A stretch of DNA of 53,537 nucleotides from Pyrinomonadaceae bacterium (GTDB taxonomy: Bacteria; Acidobacteriota; Blastocatellia; Pyrinomonadales; Pyrinomonadaceae). Position 1 is the first letter of the stretch. Every line of letters starts with the position of its first letter. The stretch spans positions 1 to 53,537 of the forward strand of contig JBDTZD010000312.1 in assembly GCA_040005335.1 (NCBI GenBank), written 5' to 3'. The notes under the pieces are model-generated. The model made no database searches, was not told the origin of the DNA, and saw only the letters and a list, made by a program, of their open reading frames with translations. Position numbers and translations under genes: made by a program. Positions 19,287-28,194 of the stretch are shown here, in pieces.

Positions 19287-20774
19287 TCAGCTTTTCGACT
19301 TTAAATTTGTCTGCCTTAAGCCCAGTTTCTTTTCAGTTTCGCGCAATTTGGCGGCGAGCGCGAGGGCTTGTTTGTCGCCAATAGGTTCGCCGTAAATTAC
19401 ATCTTCGCAGTCGCGCAAAAGATTTGTTAAATCATTTTTATCGAGTCGGGAACGTTCGGCGACTCTCTCCGCCAAAATATGCGGCGGAGTGGAAATATTA
19501 TCCACCCCAGCAAAACGAGCGAGATTACGCCGGACTCTCCCGTAGATGTTTTCTATCGCCAGATCGTATGCTCGCGTCCGGCGTTGAAGTTCTGCCATTG
19601 CGCCGACGTATTCAAGCTTTGAACGGCGGTCTGGATTCGGCAGCGGAAGCGGCCGCGCAAACCTCCGCCCTTTGGTATAAATTCCTAATGCGAGCAGCAA
19701 AGCAAGCTGTGCGAAAATTGCCGGAAGCGGTGTTCCCTCAAAAAACTTCAAAAGCGGATTGCCGCTCGCGCCGAAACCTTGATGATACTCGTCAAAAGCG
19801 ATTACGCCGTCGCTCCCAACCAGATTTGTCGCCAGTTTTAGATTATCAACCAACCCGATGCCGCCGTTCGAAACAATATAAGAATCGCTTAAAATAATAA
19901 TGCGCCCCGCTCCGTAAACGTAATCCACCAAAATGTTTTTATCTTTGCTGGTTAAGTCAACGACCGGAGTTAGAAAAGGATATGAAACGGAAATGGGCGC
20001 CGACTTTGAAGTGATTTTTGGCGCAACGGGTTTTGGCGCAGGCGGCGCATCGTCGTCTTCTTCATCTTTGTTGTCTGGAACTTCTATTTTTGTTTTATTA
20101 TTCGTTTTCGCGCCTTGCCCCAGATCGCTGCTGTCGCTGATATCGTCCGATTGCGGGCTGTGAAGCAAATTGATTGACACAGCGAATTTTGACGGCATTA
20201 CCGAATTAACTCCCGCCGTCAAAACGTTTGGCTGAAGCGGTCGCGCGGCAATCACTTCTCTAGTCATTTCATTGACGTTTGAAGAATCGCCCTTTAGGTC
20301 AGTCGCTGAATTTTCTGCGAGTTTTACTTGCCAATTGCCTGATTTCGGCAAAAATTTCGCGTCAAGGTTGCGGTCAATTATAACCAGCCGGTTGCCAGCC
20401 GCTACCCACGTTAACAAATCTTTGACTTCTTGCTCTTCAAACTCTCTAAGTTCTTTTTCAGTGCCCCCTGGACCAAAAGGGTCACGCTGGTAGCGAGTAT
20501 TATCAAGCAAGACGAATGTTTTTGGCTGCTGAGTTCGTGTTTTATCAAGCAAATTGGTGGTTCGCTCCTGCCAGCGGACAACGGGTTTTCCGGTTTCGCG
20601 CAAAAAATCAAAGAAGGCTCGCGTTCCGGTCGCGCCGCCATTATAAGTCGAGCGATTAGCGTGTTCCTCTGTGTCGGGTTCTTTTGTCACTGGTGCATAA
20701 GAAGCCGCGTTGAGCCCGACGAGCGCAATGACAATTAAAGCAAGCGATAAAATTATAAAAAGACGCTCTTTCAT
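19287..20774 (-). CDS. DUF4350-like membrane-anchored protein
   Basis: N-terminal TM segment, GATGTRAFFDFLRETGKPV motif, acidic/Pro linker, late TM segment. The family call is from memory. ATG at 20774. Confidence 0.5.
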   Translation of the reverse strand: MKERLFIILSLALIVIALVGLNAASYAPVTKEPDTEEHANRSTYNGGATGTRAFFDFLRETGKPVVRWQERTTNLLDKTRTQQPKTFVLLDNTRYQRDPFGPGGTEKELREFEEQEVKDLLTWVAAGNRLVIIDRNLDAKFLPKSGNWQVKLAENSATDLKGDSSNVNEMTREVIAARPLQPNVLTAGVNSVMPSKFAVSINLLHSPQSDDISDSSDLGQGAKTNNKTKIEVPDNKDEEDDDAPPAPKPVAPKITSKSAPISVSYPFLTPVVDLTSKDKNILVDYVYGAGRIIILSDSYIVSNGGIGLVDNLKLATNLVGSDGVIAFDEYHQGFGASGNPLLKFFEGTPLPAIFAQLALLLALGIYTKGRRFARPLPLPNPDRRSKLEYVGAMAELQRRTRAYDLAIENIYGRVRRNLARFAGVDNISTPPHILAERVAERSRLDKNDLTNLLRDCEDVIYGEPIGDKQALALAAKLRETEKKLGLRQTNLKSKS

Positions 20775-20778
20775 TTGC

Positions 20779-20857
20779 AGTGCAAAGTACAAAAGGCAAA
20801 GTGCAAAGTTAGTTATCCGAGTTCGGACTGTTCACTTTGCGCTTTGCACTTTGCACT
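20779..20857. repeat. Inverted repeat of tandem GCAAAGT heptamers
   Basis: The left arm agtgcaaagtacaaaaggcaaagtgcaaagt pairs with the right arm cactttgcgctttgcactttgcact. The 23-nt loop contains the palindrome tccgagttcgga. Confidence 0.75.
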
Positions 20858-22074
20858 ATTTCGCCGTACTTTAGGCGAAATGTTTGCCAATCTTCTATCT
20901 CTGCGGGAACATCGCCGTACCAATGACGCTCAAAAGTGCCGGTCATGCTACTCATCGGTTGATAAATTTCTTCGCGTTTGCTGACATCGCGCAAATAATC
21001 ACGGTTAGTTTTATGCCGCGCCAGTCCTAAAACTTTGCGGTCGCTCAAATCACAAAGGGCGGCGATGTAACCTTTCCGAATTGCCGCGCGGAGTTCGCCC
21101 GATTGCGCCAGTCGGTCTGCTTGCGACAGCAAATCGTCAGCTGTTGCGTCGGGCAGAAGGGTTTCGCCCAAAATTATGCGCGGCTCTTTTTTCTTGGGCT
21201 TTTGGCGTCCGCGAGTATTACCGATAAGGGGCAGTAAAAATCGCCAAACAACGAAACCGATAATAGCCAGCGCGAGCCCAATGACAAGGTAATTCAAAAT
21301 CGTGCCGAGAGAAGATAAATCCACATGAGGCGTTTCCACTTCACTTGGTTGCTGACGTCTTGAAAATGAATTTAACCATTTGACCAGAGCGTCAAGCCAG
21401 CTTTCCAAAACAGATTTTTCTTTTTCTTGGGTAGGTTTTTGAAATTCGGGACGACGCAAAATTTCGTCGAGTTTTTGCTTGTCGGCGTTGTTAGTTTTGG
21501 CGACGGATTGTGCGCTTTCTAATTCCTTTAAGCGGTCTTCGATGGCGCCGAGTCGCTCTGCTGCGGCTTGCAAAAATCTAGTGCGCTCAGTAGCTGGAGT
21601 CGCCGCCGGAGCGTTTTCGTAATCTCGGAGACTCGTTTCAAGCCAAGCATTATCGGCTTCAAAAGTCTCGCCGTTGCCAATTTCTATTTTTTGATTGGCG
21701 GGCAGCAAATTTCTGACTTCGCGCAAGACTGCAAACTGGCTGATGGCGCGTTCCTTAACTTCCGAAGACTGTAAAGCGTCGAGCGCAATTGCCGCGCGAT
21801 GAACGTTTTGGCGATATTGCACGAGCGAAATTGCCTGAACAGAAACGCTGCACAAAATTATTACGCCCAAAGCCATTAGATAAAACGGCGCGAAACGCAA
21901 AGGCAAAATATGAAGAAGTTTAGGCAAAGTTGGAAGTGTCACAAAAGTTGGCAATCTAATCAAAGGAATCTTAGCAAAAAATTGAGAATCCGCGAAAAGG
22001 TTTCTGTCTATTTTCTCTTTGCCAACACTACAAGTTTGAATTTTCGCTTTTGCGTTTGAATCAAAGTTTGTCAT
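20809..22074 (-). CDS. DUF4129-like membrane protein
   Basis: C-terminal IRKGYIAALCDLSDRKVLGLARHKTNRDYLRDV...FERHWYG. Start uncertain: ATG at 22074, or ATG at 21876 giving MALGVIILCSVSVQA. Confidence 0.5.
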   Translation of the reverse strand: MTNFDSNAKAKIQTCSVGKEKIDRNLFADSQFFAKIPLIRLPTFVTLPTLPKLLHILPLRFAPFYLMALGVIILCSVSVQAISLVQYRQNVHRAAIALDALQSSEVKERAISQFAVLREVRNLLPANQKIEIGNGETFEADNAWLETSLRDYENAPAATPATERTRFLQAAAERLGAIEDRLKELESAQSVAKTNNADKQKLDEILRRPEFQKPTQEKEKSVLESWLDALVKWLNSFSRRQQPSEVETPHVDLSSLGTILNYLVIGLALAIIGFVVWRFLLPLIGNTRGRQKPKKKEPRIILGETLLPDATADDLLSQADRLAQSGELRAAIRKGYIAALCDLSDRKVLGLARHKTNRDYLRDVSKREEIYQPMSSMTGTFERHWYGDVPAEIEDWQTFRLKYGEIVQSAKRKVNSPNSDN

Positions 22075-22084
22075 TCTGAGATTG

Positions 22085-23560
22085 ATGACCAAAGTTTTGC
22101 GGCTAACCGGAATGATTTTTCGTCAGGGCGGGACGCTCACTAGGCGCGTTGTCCAGGGTGTTGTGGCAATTGCTCTGCGGCTTTTTTTTCGGCGCATCGA
22201 AGCTGACGGAGTGGAAAAAGTTCCGCTCACGGAGCCTCTGATTTTTGTTCTTAATCACCCAAACGGTTTGATTGATCCCGCATTGGTTTTCGTCGCCCTT
22301 CCGCGCCGCGTTTCGTTTCTTGCCAAATCCACGCTTTTTCGGGTGCCGGGTGTCGGTTTTTTTCTGCGCACGGTCGAAGCCCTTCCGCTTTATCGCCGGG
22401 TTGATGCGGGCGATATCAATCAACAGGTCGTGGCTCCAGCGCAAAATCAAAAGACTTTTGAAGCGTGCTTTAAGTTATTGCGGCAAAATCGCTGCATCGC
22501 ACTCTTTCCCGAAGGCATCTCGAATAATTCAACTTATCTTTTGCCGCTGAAGACGGGTGCCGCGCGAATCGCGCTCGGCGCTTTGTCAATAGAAGGCGAA
22601 AATCTGAATGTCACAGAAGATGCTAAATACTTGGGTGAAAACTCTGACCAAAACCTATTTATAAATACCGCCTTAAAATCACTTAAAATCGTTCCTGTCG
22701 GGCTTTATTACACGTCTAAGACTTCGTTTCGCAGCGAAGCTCTCCTGCGTTTCGGCGCGCCTTTTACAGTGTTACCGGTCACGCTCGATGCAGACGGGCA
22801 ACCGCCGCGCGAAGCCGTGCGCGAACTGTCCGAGGTGATCGCGGAAAAACTAAGGGAAGTAACGCTCAATGTCGAGGACACTGAGGCGTTTGAGGTTGTT
22901 AGAAGAACTGAACAGCTTTTTTCATCGGTTTATGAAGGTCTCAATTTTCATTTGTCACTGACCGACGAATTGGATTTGCGCCGGCGCTTTGCCGAACAAT
23001 TTGAATCTAATGCGGAGAACGCTCAAGAATTCAAAAACCGGCTTGATATTTACGACAAACATTTGAGGGAACTAGGTGTTTCACCCGAACATCTTTCAGT
23101 TTCCGGTCATTCCTTCTGGTACGTCTTTCGACACTTTTTCCTTAGAATTGGACTAATTTTGGTTCTCTCGCCGCTAGTAATTGTCGGCGCAATTCTGCAT
23201 TTTCCAGCTTATTTAATATGTTTGCTAATCGGTAAAGTTGTTAGACAGCACGGAGTTGATGATTCGGGCGGCTCGCCCAAAATATTGGCGGCTATGTTAT
23301 TGATGCCGCTCACATGGCTGATTAGCACAGGCTTGGTTTTATGGCTCTGGAACTGGCATCTCGCGCTCGTCACCTTTCCTTTGGTAATTGTGTGCGGGTA
23401 CTCGGCATTGCGCTGTTTGGAAGAGTTGTTTGATTTACGCGGCTGGTTTAAAGCCGCTTGGGTCCTGCTGCTGCGTCGCTGGTTATTTATTCGTCTCCTG
23501 TTCGAACGTCGCGCACTTCACCGCGCAATTGCCGAAATCATCGCACCAACCGATAAATGA
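22085..23560 (+). CDS. Lysophospholipid/glycerol-phosphate acyltransferase (PlsC family) with C-terminal multi-TM extension
   Basis: NHPNGLIDP (HX4D) and FPEGISNN motifs. Hydrophobic C-terminal third. Confidence 0.7.
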   Translation: MTKVLRLTGMIFRQGGTLTRRVVQGVVAIALRLFFRRIEADGVEKVPLTEPLIFVLNHPNGLIDPALVFVALPRRVSFLAKSTLFRVPGVGFFLRTVEALPLYRRVDAGDINQQVVAPAQNQKTFEACFKLLRQNRCIALFPEGISNNSTYLLPLKTGAARIALGALSIEGENLNVTEDAKYLGENSDQNLFINTALKSLKIVPVGLYYTSKTSFRSEALLRFGAPFTVLPVTLDADGQPPREAVRELSEVIAEKLREVTLNVEDTEAFEVVRRTEQLFSSVYEGLNFHLSLTDELDLRRRFAEQFESNAENAQEFKNRLDIYDKHLRELGVSPEHLSVSGHSFWYVFRHFFLRIGLILVLSPLVIVGAILHFPAYLICLLIGKVVRQHGVDDSGGSPKILAAMLLMPLTWLISTGLVLWLWNWHLALVTFPLVIVCGYSALRCLEELFDLRGWFKAAWVLLLRRWLFIRLLFERRALHRAIAEIIAPTDK

Positions 23561-23719
23561 TCGGTGTCTCATGCTTGAAAACAATACGGGCGACTGTATT
23601 CCATCTTGTCAAACAGTCGAATGAAACACCTTTTTTCAGTCTTTTCTCTCTGGAATAAATTTTGCTTCAGAATACCTTTTCTAAACAAAGCAGAATTTAA
23701 GTAATGGAGATTTGGATAA

Positions 23720-23971
23720 ATGAAAAAAGCAGAAGGAATGACTAACGCCCAAAATATTCCTGGCGACACTGATTTTGACGCTCCCCCGCAAAACGAACAG
23801 GATCGTTTACGCGAAAAGGACAATCAACAGGTGCCTCCGGATAAACAGCCTTTTATTGCGCCGGTTAGCGACCCACCGCATGATAGAGATAAGAAACCAA
23901 TTAACGAAAATCCGCGTGAGCCGACACGGATAATGAGCGTGAGATCACAATCCGAACGGCGAATTTTTTAA
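23720..23971 (+). CDS. Hypothetical Pro/Asp/Glu-rich small protein
   Basis: ORF only; weak RBS; compositionally disordered. Confidence 0.25.
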   Translation: MKKAEGMTNAQNIPGDTDFDAPPQNEQDRLREKDNQQVPPDKQPFIAPVSDPPHDRDKKPINENPREPTRIMSVRSQSERRIF

Positions 23972-24000
23972 AACAATCAAATTTCAAGGGGGAAAAGCTA

Positions 24001-24294
24001 ATGTCTGAGATAATTGGTTGGGTGAGTTCGCTCATTCTACTGCTAACTGTTGGCAAGCAGGTTCATAAACAGTGGAAAGATGGAACGAGCGAAGGTGTTT
24101 CCAAGTGGTTATTTTTTGGACAGATTGCCGCTTCTATCGGTTTTCTGGTTTACAGCGTTTTGATTACAAACTGGGTTTTTATCGTCACCAATTCTCTAAT
24201 GGTTATTAACAGTTTAGTGGGTATTGGGATTCTGTTTTATCACCGGCAGCGTGACAATAAGAAGCAATCACAGAAATTAGCTGTCCAAAATTAA
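24001..24294 (+). CDS. SemiSWEET-like 3-TM membrane protein
   Basis: Three TM segments with the layout IIGWVSSLILLLTVGKQVHKQWK...VS...LVYSVL...N. The PQ motif is replaced by KQ. RBS aaggggg. Confidence 0.45.
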   Translation: MSEIIGWVSSLILLLTVGKQVHKQWKDGTSEGVSKWLFFGQIAASIGFLVYSVLITNWVFIVTNSLMVINSLVGIGILFYHRQRDNKKQSQKLAVQN

Positions 24295-24337
24295 AAGTTT
24301 GCGTTTCCAACATAGCGTTGCAATCCAATGATGATTT

Positions 24338-25696
24338 TTATTTTCCGGTCAAAAGCCCGTAGATTTGCAATCCAAACATTCCCATCACAGCTGTCGTGAC
24401 AAGCGCAAATGTCGCCCACCCCAATATGTTATAAAGCTTGGTGTTCTTTAAATCGCGCATCAAACGCGCATCATTTACTAGCAGCAGAATGAAAAGTAAG
24501 ACAATCGGCAGCAATGCGCCATTTAATATTTGGACAAAAAACAGCAATTTAATTACTGGCACACTCGGAATTAGTGCAACGCCCGCGCCCAAAACGATTA
24601 GCCCGGTAAATAACCGAAAGAAAATCGAAGCGCGGCGAAAATCGAGGTTGACGCCTTTCGGGAAACCGAAAGTTTCGCTGACGGCATAAGCCGTTGCCAG
24701 GGGCAAAACTGCCGCCGCCAGCATTGACGCGCCGAAAAGACCTATGCCAAAAATTATCCGCGCGGTTGCGCCCGCGACGGGTTCGAGGGCTTTGGCGGCA
24801 TCGGATGCGCTTTCAATTTCGGTTTTTCCGATCACGTGCAGAGTTGCCGCCGTTGCAATAATCATTGACATTGACATCAAATTTGAAAAAATTGAGCCGG
24901 CGTAGGCGTCAATTCTTTCATCACCATAATGTTTTCGCGCCGTCCCTTTTTCAACCGTCGAGCTTTGCTGAAAAAGCTGCATGTACGGCGTAATTGTCGT
25001 CCCAATTAACCCGACGAGCATTGTGACATACACCGTATCAGTGTGAATTTTTGGAACGAACCCCATTGCGACTTCGCCCCACACCGGCTTTGCCATAATT
25101 GCCGCCACCGGATATGCCAGGAAAACGAGCGTCATCAGAAGGAAAATCTTCTCCACCTGGGCATACGAGCCGAAAACAACCAGATACCAAACTACTGCTG
25201 CCGCCAAAGGAACAGAAACGTAGCGAGAAATACCAAACAGCTCGAGCGCGGCGCCGATACCGACAAATTCGCTGATGATGAGTCCCCCGTTAGCAATCAA
25301 AATTATTGAGATGGCGAAAATTCCCCAGTTCAATCCAAAACGTTCTCGAATTAAATCAAGCAGCCCTCGTCCCGTCGCTGCCCCCAGACGAGCACACATC
25401 TCTTGCACGACGGCGAGAGAAACCGTAATCAGGAGCATCACCCACAGTAGTTCATAACCGAATTTTGCGCCCGCCGAACTGTACGTGGCAATCCCGCCCG
25501 CATCGTTTCCGGCTGAAGCCGCAACAAGCCCAGGCCCTAAAACCCAGAGCCATCGAAAAATGCCTTGAGGCTGTCTCGGCATTCCGTAAAGCCATAAATC
25601 TCGCCCGCGAATTTGCAGATGCATTGCCTTCCGGCCTATTTGCTTGACGTGCGGGAGAGGCACTTTTTCGAGCGTCTCATTAAGAGATTCTTTCAT
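24338..25696 (-). CDS. Nramp (SLC11) family transporter with non-canonical metal-site motifs
   Basis: GPGLVAASAGNDAGGIATYSSAGAKFGYELLWV has DAGG where canonical Nramp has DPGN. IGTTITPYMQLF stands where canonical has GATVMPH. Confidence 0.85.
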   Translation of the reverse strand: MKESLNETLEKVPLPHVKQIGRKAMHLQIRGRDLWLYGMPRQPQGIFRWLWVLGPGLVAASAGNDAGGIATYSSAGAKFGYELLWVMLLITVSLAVVQEMCARLGAATGRGLLDLIRERFGLNWGIFAISIILIANGGLIISEFVGIGAALELFGISRYVSVPLAAAVVWYLVVFGSYAQVEKIFLLMTLVFLAYPVAAIMAKPVWGEVAMGFVPKIHTDTVYVTMLVGLIGTTITPYMQLFQQSSTVEKGTARKHYGDERIDAYAGSIFSNLMSMSMIIATAATLHVIGKTEIESASDAAKALEPVAGATARIIFGIGLFGASMLAAAVLPLATAYAVSETFGFPKGVNLDFRRASIFFRLFTGLIVLGAGVALIPSVPVIKLLFFVQILNGALLPIVLLFILLLVNDARLMRDLKNTKLYNILGWATFALVTTAVMGMFGLQIYGLLTGK

Positions 25697-25728
25697 AAAT
25701 ATTGAAAGCCAAAAGATTTAGGTGACGT

Positions 25729-26979
25729 TTAGCTAAAAACTCGTGGTGCTTGATCGCGCCAGTTGCGTGGGGCGACATTTGAGACAGCTGCGTCAATGGT
25801 TAATACGCCGAGCAGCTTGTTTGTTTCATCAACAACCGGCATCGCTGCTAAATGCGAATCAATTAACCGAAACGAAGCTGCCCGAGCTTCACCCATAGGC
25901 GACAAAACTGAGACGAATTCATCCATAATGTCCGCAACTTTATCGGTTGGTTCCGCCGTTACAATCCGTCGCAACGAAATAACGCCGCGCAAAACCCGTG
26001 AGACTCCGGTTTCGACGACATAAATAAAATAAACAAAATTCGGGTTTTTAAGCGGTTCGGTCAAAAATTGTCGCGCTTCATCAACCGTCAAATCGAGCGG
26101 AAGTGTAACAACATCATTAGTCATTACGCTGCCGACAGTGCCTTCGGGAAAACGCAGCAGTTCGAGAATTTTTGCGGCGCAATCTTTCGGCAAATTTTCC
26201 AGCGCTTTTTGGGCTTCATCTTCTTTAAGCTGCTTGATAATTTTAGCGCCAGTTTCGGGCGCGAGCAGCGCAAACATTTTCCGACTTTGCTCGTCGTCCA
26301 ATTCTTCAAAAATCTGTAATTGTTTGTCGGACGAAGTCAATTCCAGGACATCTGCTGCCAGCTTGTCCGGCAACAGTACGATTAACTCTGCAGCATGTAA
26401 ATATGGAATTAAATCAATAAATCCGGCAATTTCGCCGGGTGCAAGTTTGGTAATTCGCAGATGATATCCAGCGCCGTTGCGAACAGCATTCGGATCGCCG
26501 CGCAAAAACTCGACAAACTTCCAGTCAAACAAATTTTTTCGGTCAATTCGTCGCCACAGATTAAAACTCAAGCGCCGCAAAATTGCTGCTGTGCTTATGT
26601 CAGCGTGTGACAAAACTATTTGTTCATCGCGTTTCTCAAGCCATAAATCGTTTGCTCTCGTGACGCGCCTATTCTGTAAGTCCAAAATCAGCGCGTCGAG
26701 GACGTCGCGCACCAGCAAAACTTCGCGCGTTAAACTATCATCAGGAAACTCCTTAGCTTCTTTCAAATTTGTAGTTCGAATCTCTTTCTTCCGTAGATCA
26801 ATCAAATTGCTGTTTTTCCAGTCTAAACCGACGAATTTTCGATCATCATTCCAAAATAAAACTTGCTTGATCGGCGGATATTCTCCGTTAAGTAAATCAA
26901 CGGAGAGATCGGCGATCCGAACAGTTTGATTTTGATCATCAACCAGCCGGAAACGCCGGATTTCGGACAGCATCAGCAT
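25729..26979 (-). CDS. Soluble MgtE-like protein (PRC-like N-terminus + MgtE_N + CBS pair, no TM domain)
   Basis: Same architecture and length as 10965..12212: LHAAELIVLLPDKLAADVLELTSSDKQLQIFEELDDEQ..., then a CBS pair ending LTIDAAV. A 32-nt gap separates it from the downstream Nramp gene. Confidence 0.7.
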   Translation of the reverse strand: MLMLSEIRRFRLVDDQNQTVRIADLSVDLLNGEYPPIKQVLFWNDDRKFVGLDWKNSNLIDLRKKEIRTTNLKEAKEFPDDSLTREVLLVRDVLDALILDLQNRRVTRANDLWLEKRDEQIVLSHADISTAAILRRLSFNLWRRIDRKNLFDWKFVEFLRGDPNAVRNGAGYHLRITKLAPGEIAGFIDLIPYLHAAELIVLLPDKLAADVLELTSSDKQLQIFEELDDEQSRKMFALLAPETGAKIIKQLKEDEAQKALENLPKDCAAKILELLRFPEGTVGSVMTNDVVTLPLDLTVDEARQFLTEPLKNPNFVYFIYVVETGVSRVLRGVISLRRIVTAEPTDKVADIMDEFVSVLSPMGEARAASFRLIDSHLAAMPVVDETNKLLGVLTIDAAVSNVAPRNWRDQAPRVFS

Positions 26980-27186
26980 TAATTTAATGTTCCTTGCACG
27001 ATAAAAATACAGCCATCTGATTTGCCAAGTATGTTTATCATTCGCGGGTATCAGATAAGGAGAGAAAACGAATAATAATGACTCAATAATTTAATCTTGT
27101 GATTTATACTATATCTATAACTATTTATTCAATAAACTCAGAAAGATTTCTCTTTCACCGGTATTTATCCACGGTTACCAGATGGC

Positions 27187-27201
27187 GGCACGGCTCTTGC
27201 A
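27187..27201 (+). promoter_or_regulatory. Sigma-54 -24/-12 promoter candidate
   Basis: GGCACGgctcTTGCA matches GG-N10-GC. It ends 69 nt upstream of the ATG at 27271. Confidence 0.65.
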
Positions 27202-27270
27202 ATAGCGTTTTGCGAAACTTATACCAAACTTTGGGAAATACATTTCTAAGAGCAGATAGGGAGAAAAAAT

Positions 27271-27732
27271 ATGGCAGACGCAAATAACGCAATCTCAACC
27301 TTGAACAACTTGATACAAACTTGTAAAGACGGTGAAAACGGATTTAACGAAGCTGCTCAGGGAGTTTCGAGTGCCGACCTAAAAGACGTTTTTATGCGCT
27401 ATTCACAACAGCGTTCGCAATTTGCGGGTGAATTGCAGGAAGCTGTTAGCAAAATTGGCGGCGATCCGGAAACAAGCGGTAGTATTGCAGCATCACTTCA
27501 TCGCGGTTGGATTGATATCAAATCAGTCGTTACGGGTCAAGATGAAGGAGCGATCTTGAGTGAATGCGAACGCGGTGAGGATTCCGCGGTTGAAGCATAC
27601 CAAAACGCCCTTAAAGAGGCTTTACCATCCGAGGTTAACTCAATTGTAGAACGTCAATATACACAGGTTAAAGAGGCGCATGACCGCATTAAAGGCTTGC
27701 GAAACATGAGCAATTCGGCTTCGGGAAGCTAA
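27271..27732 (+). CDS. PA2169-family four-helix-bundle (DUF2383, ferritin-like) protein
   Basis: LNNLIQTCKDGENGFNEAA...CERGEDSAVEAYQNAL. Confidence 0.8.
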   Translation: MADANNAISTLNNLIQTCKDGENGFNEAAQGVSSADLKDVFMRYSQQRSQFAGELQEAVSKIGGDPETSGSIAASLHRGWIDIKSVVTGQDEGAILSECERGEDSAVEAYQNALKEALPSEVNSIVERQYTQVKEAHDRIKGLRNMSNSASGS

Positions 27733-27741
27733 AAATAAAAT

Positions 27742-27774
27742 AGCTGACCGGAGATTTTTAGTTTCCGGTCAGCT
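27742..27774 (+). terminator. Stem-loop after the PA2169-family gene
   Basis: agctgaccgga / tccggtcagct 11-bp stem. Weak T tract. Confidence 0.5.
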
Positions 27775-27857
27775 TTGGCAAACCATTTCTTACGCGCTAA
27801 CAACAAATTATCAAATATTCTAAATTGTTTTAATTAGTTTTTCAGGGGGGGCAGTTC

Positions 27858-28106
27858 ATGGTCAGCAAATCAGCAGTTAAGGTTTTCAAACGTAAAGACG
27901 TAGAAAGTCCAATTCACAACATCAGTGAGCCAAAAACATTAGAACCAGAAAAGGGAGTGGTTATAGCTGAACGCCACTCGCGTCGCGAGTTAGTAAATAC
28001 AGTTTCAAGTTGGGTGACGGAGCGCCGGGAGCGTAGCCGAACCGAAGAAATTGAAGGTTTGCGAAGAATCTTTGGTGACTCTGTTCCAAGTTTGAGCAGA
28101 GCTTAA
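27858..28106 (+). CDS. Hypothetical 82-aa protein
   Basis: G-rich RBS 7 nt upstream. Followed by a strong terminator. Confidence 0.35.
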   Translation: MVSKSAVKVFKRKDVESPIHNISEPKTLEPEKGVVIAERHSRRELVNTVSSWVTERRERSRTEEIEGLRRIFGDSVPSLSRA

Positions 28107-28130
28107 AAGTCATTATAAACTTAAATTAAA

Positions 28131-28162
28131 GAGGCTTGGGTTAAACCCAAGCCTCTTTTTTT
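28131..28162. terminator. Intrinsic terminator between convergent genes
   Basis: gaggcttggg-ttaaa-cccaagcctc followed by ttttttt, with an A tract upstream. Confidence 0.8.
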
Positions 28163-28194
28163 AACAACTTATTCTTGAAGTTGAATCAATCATT

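Noticed and set aside
19424-19897. 157-aa plus-strand ORF antisense to the DUF4350-like gene
   Set aside because: Arg/Ser-rich off-frame product with no RBS. The opposite strand carries a continuous 495-codon gene.
20779-20857. Tandem short repeats (GCAAAGT, GTCCCAA, GGAAAAC) as possible CRISPR or minisatellite arrays
   Set aside because: The units are 7 nt with no spacers, arranged as inverted arms of single hairpins. No cas genes are present. They are treated as REP-like hairpins instead.
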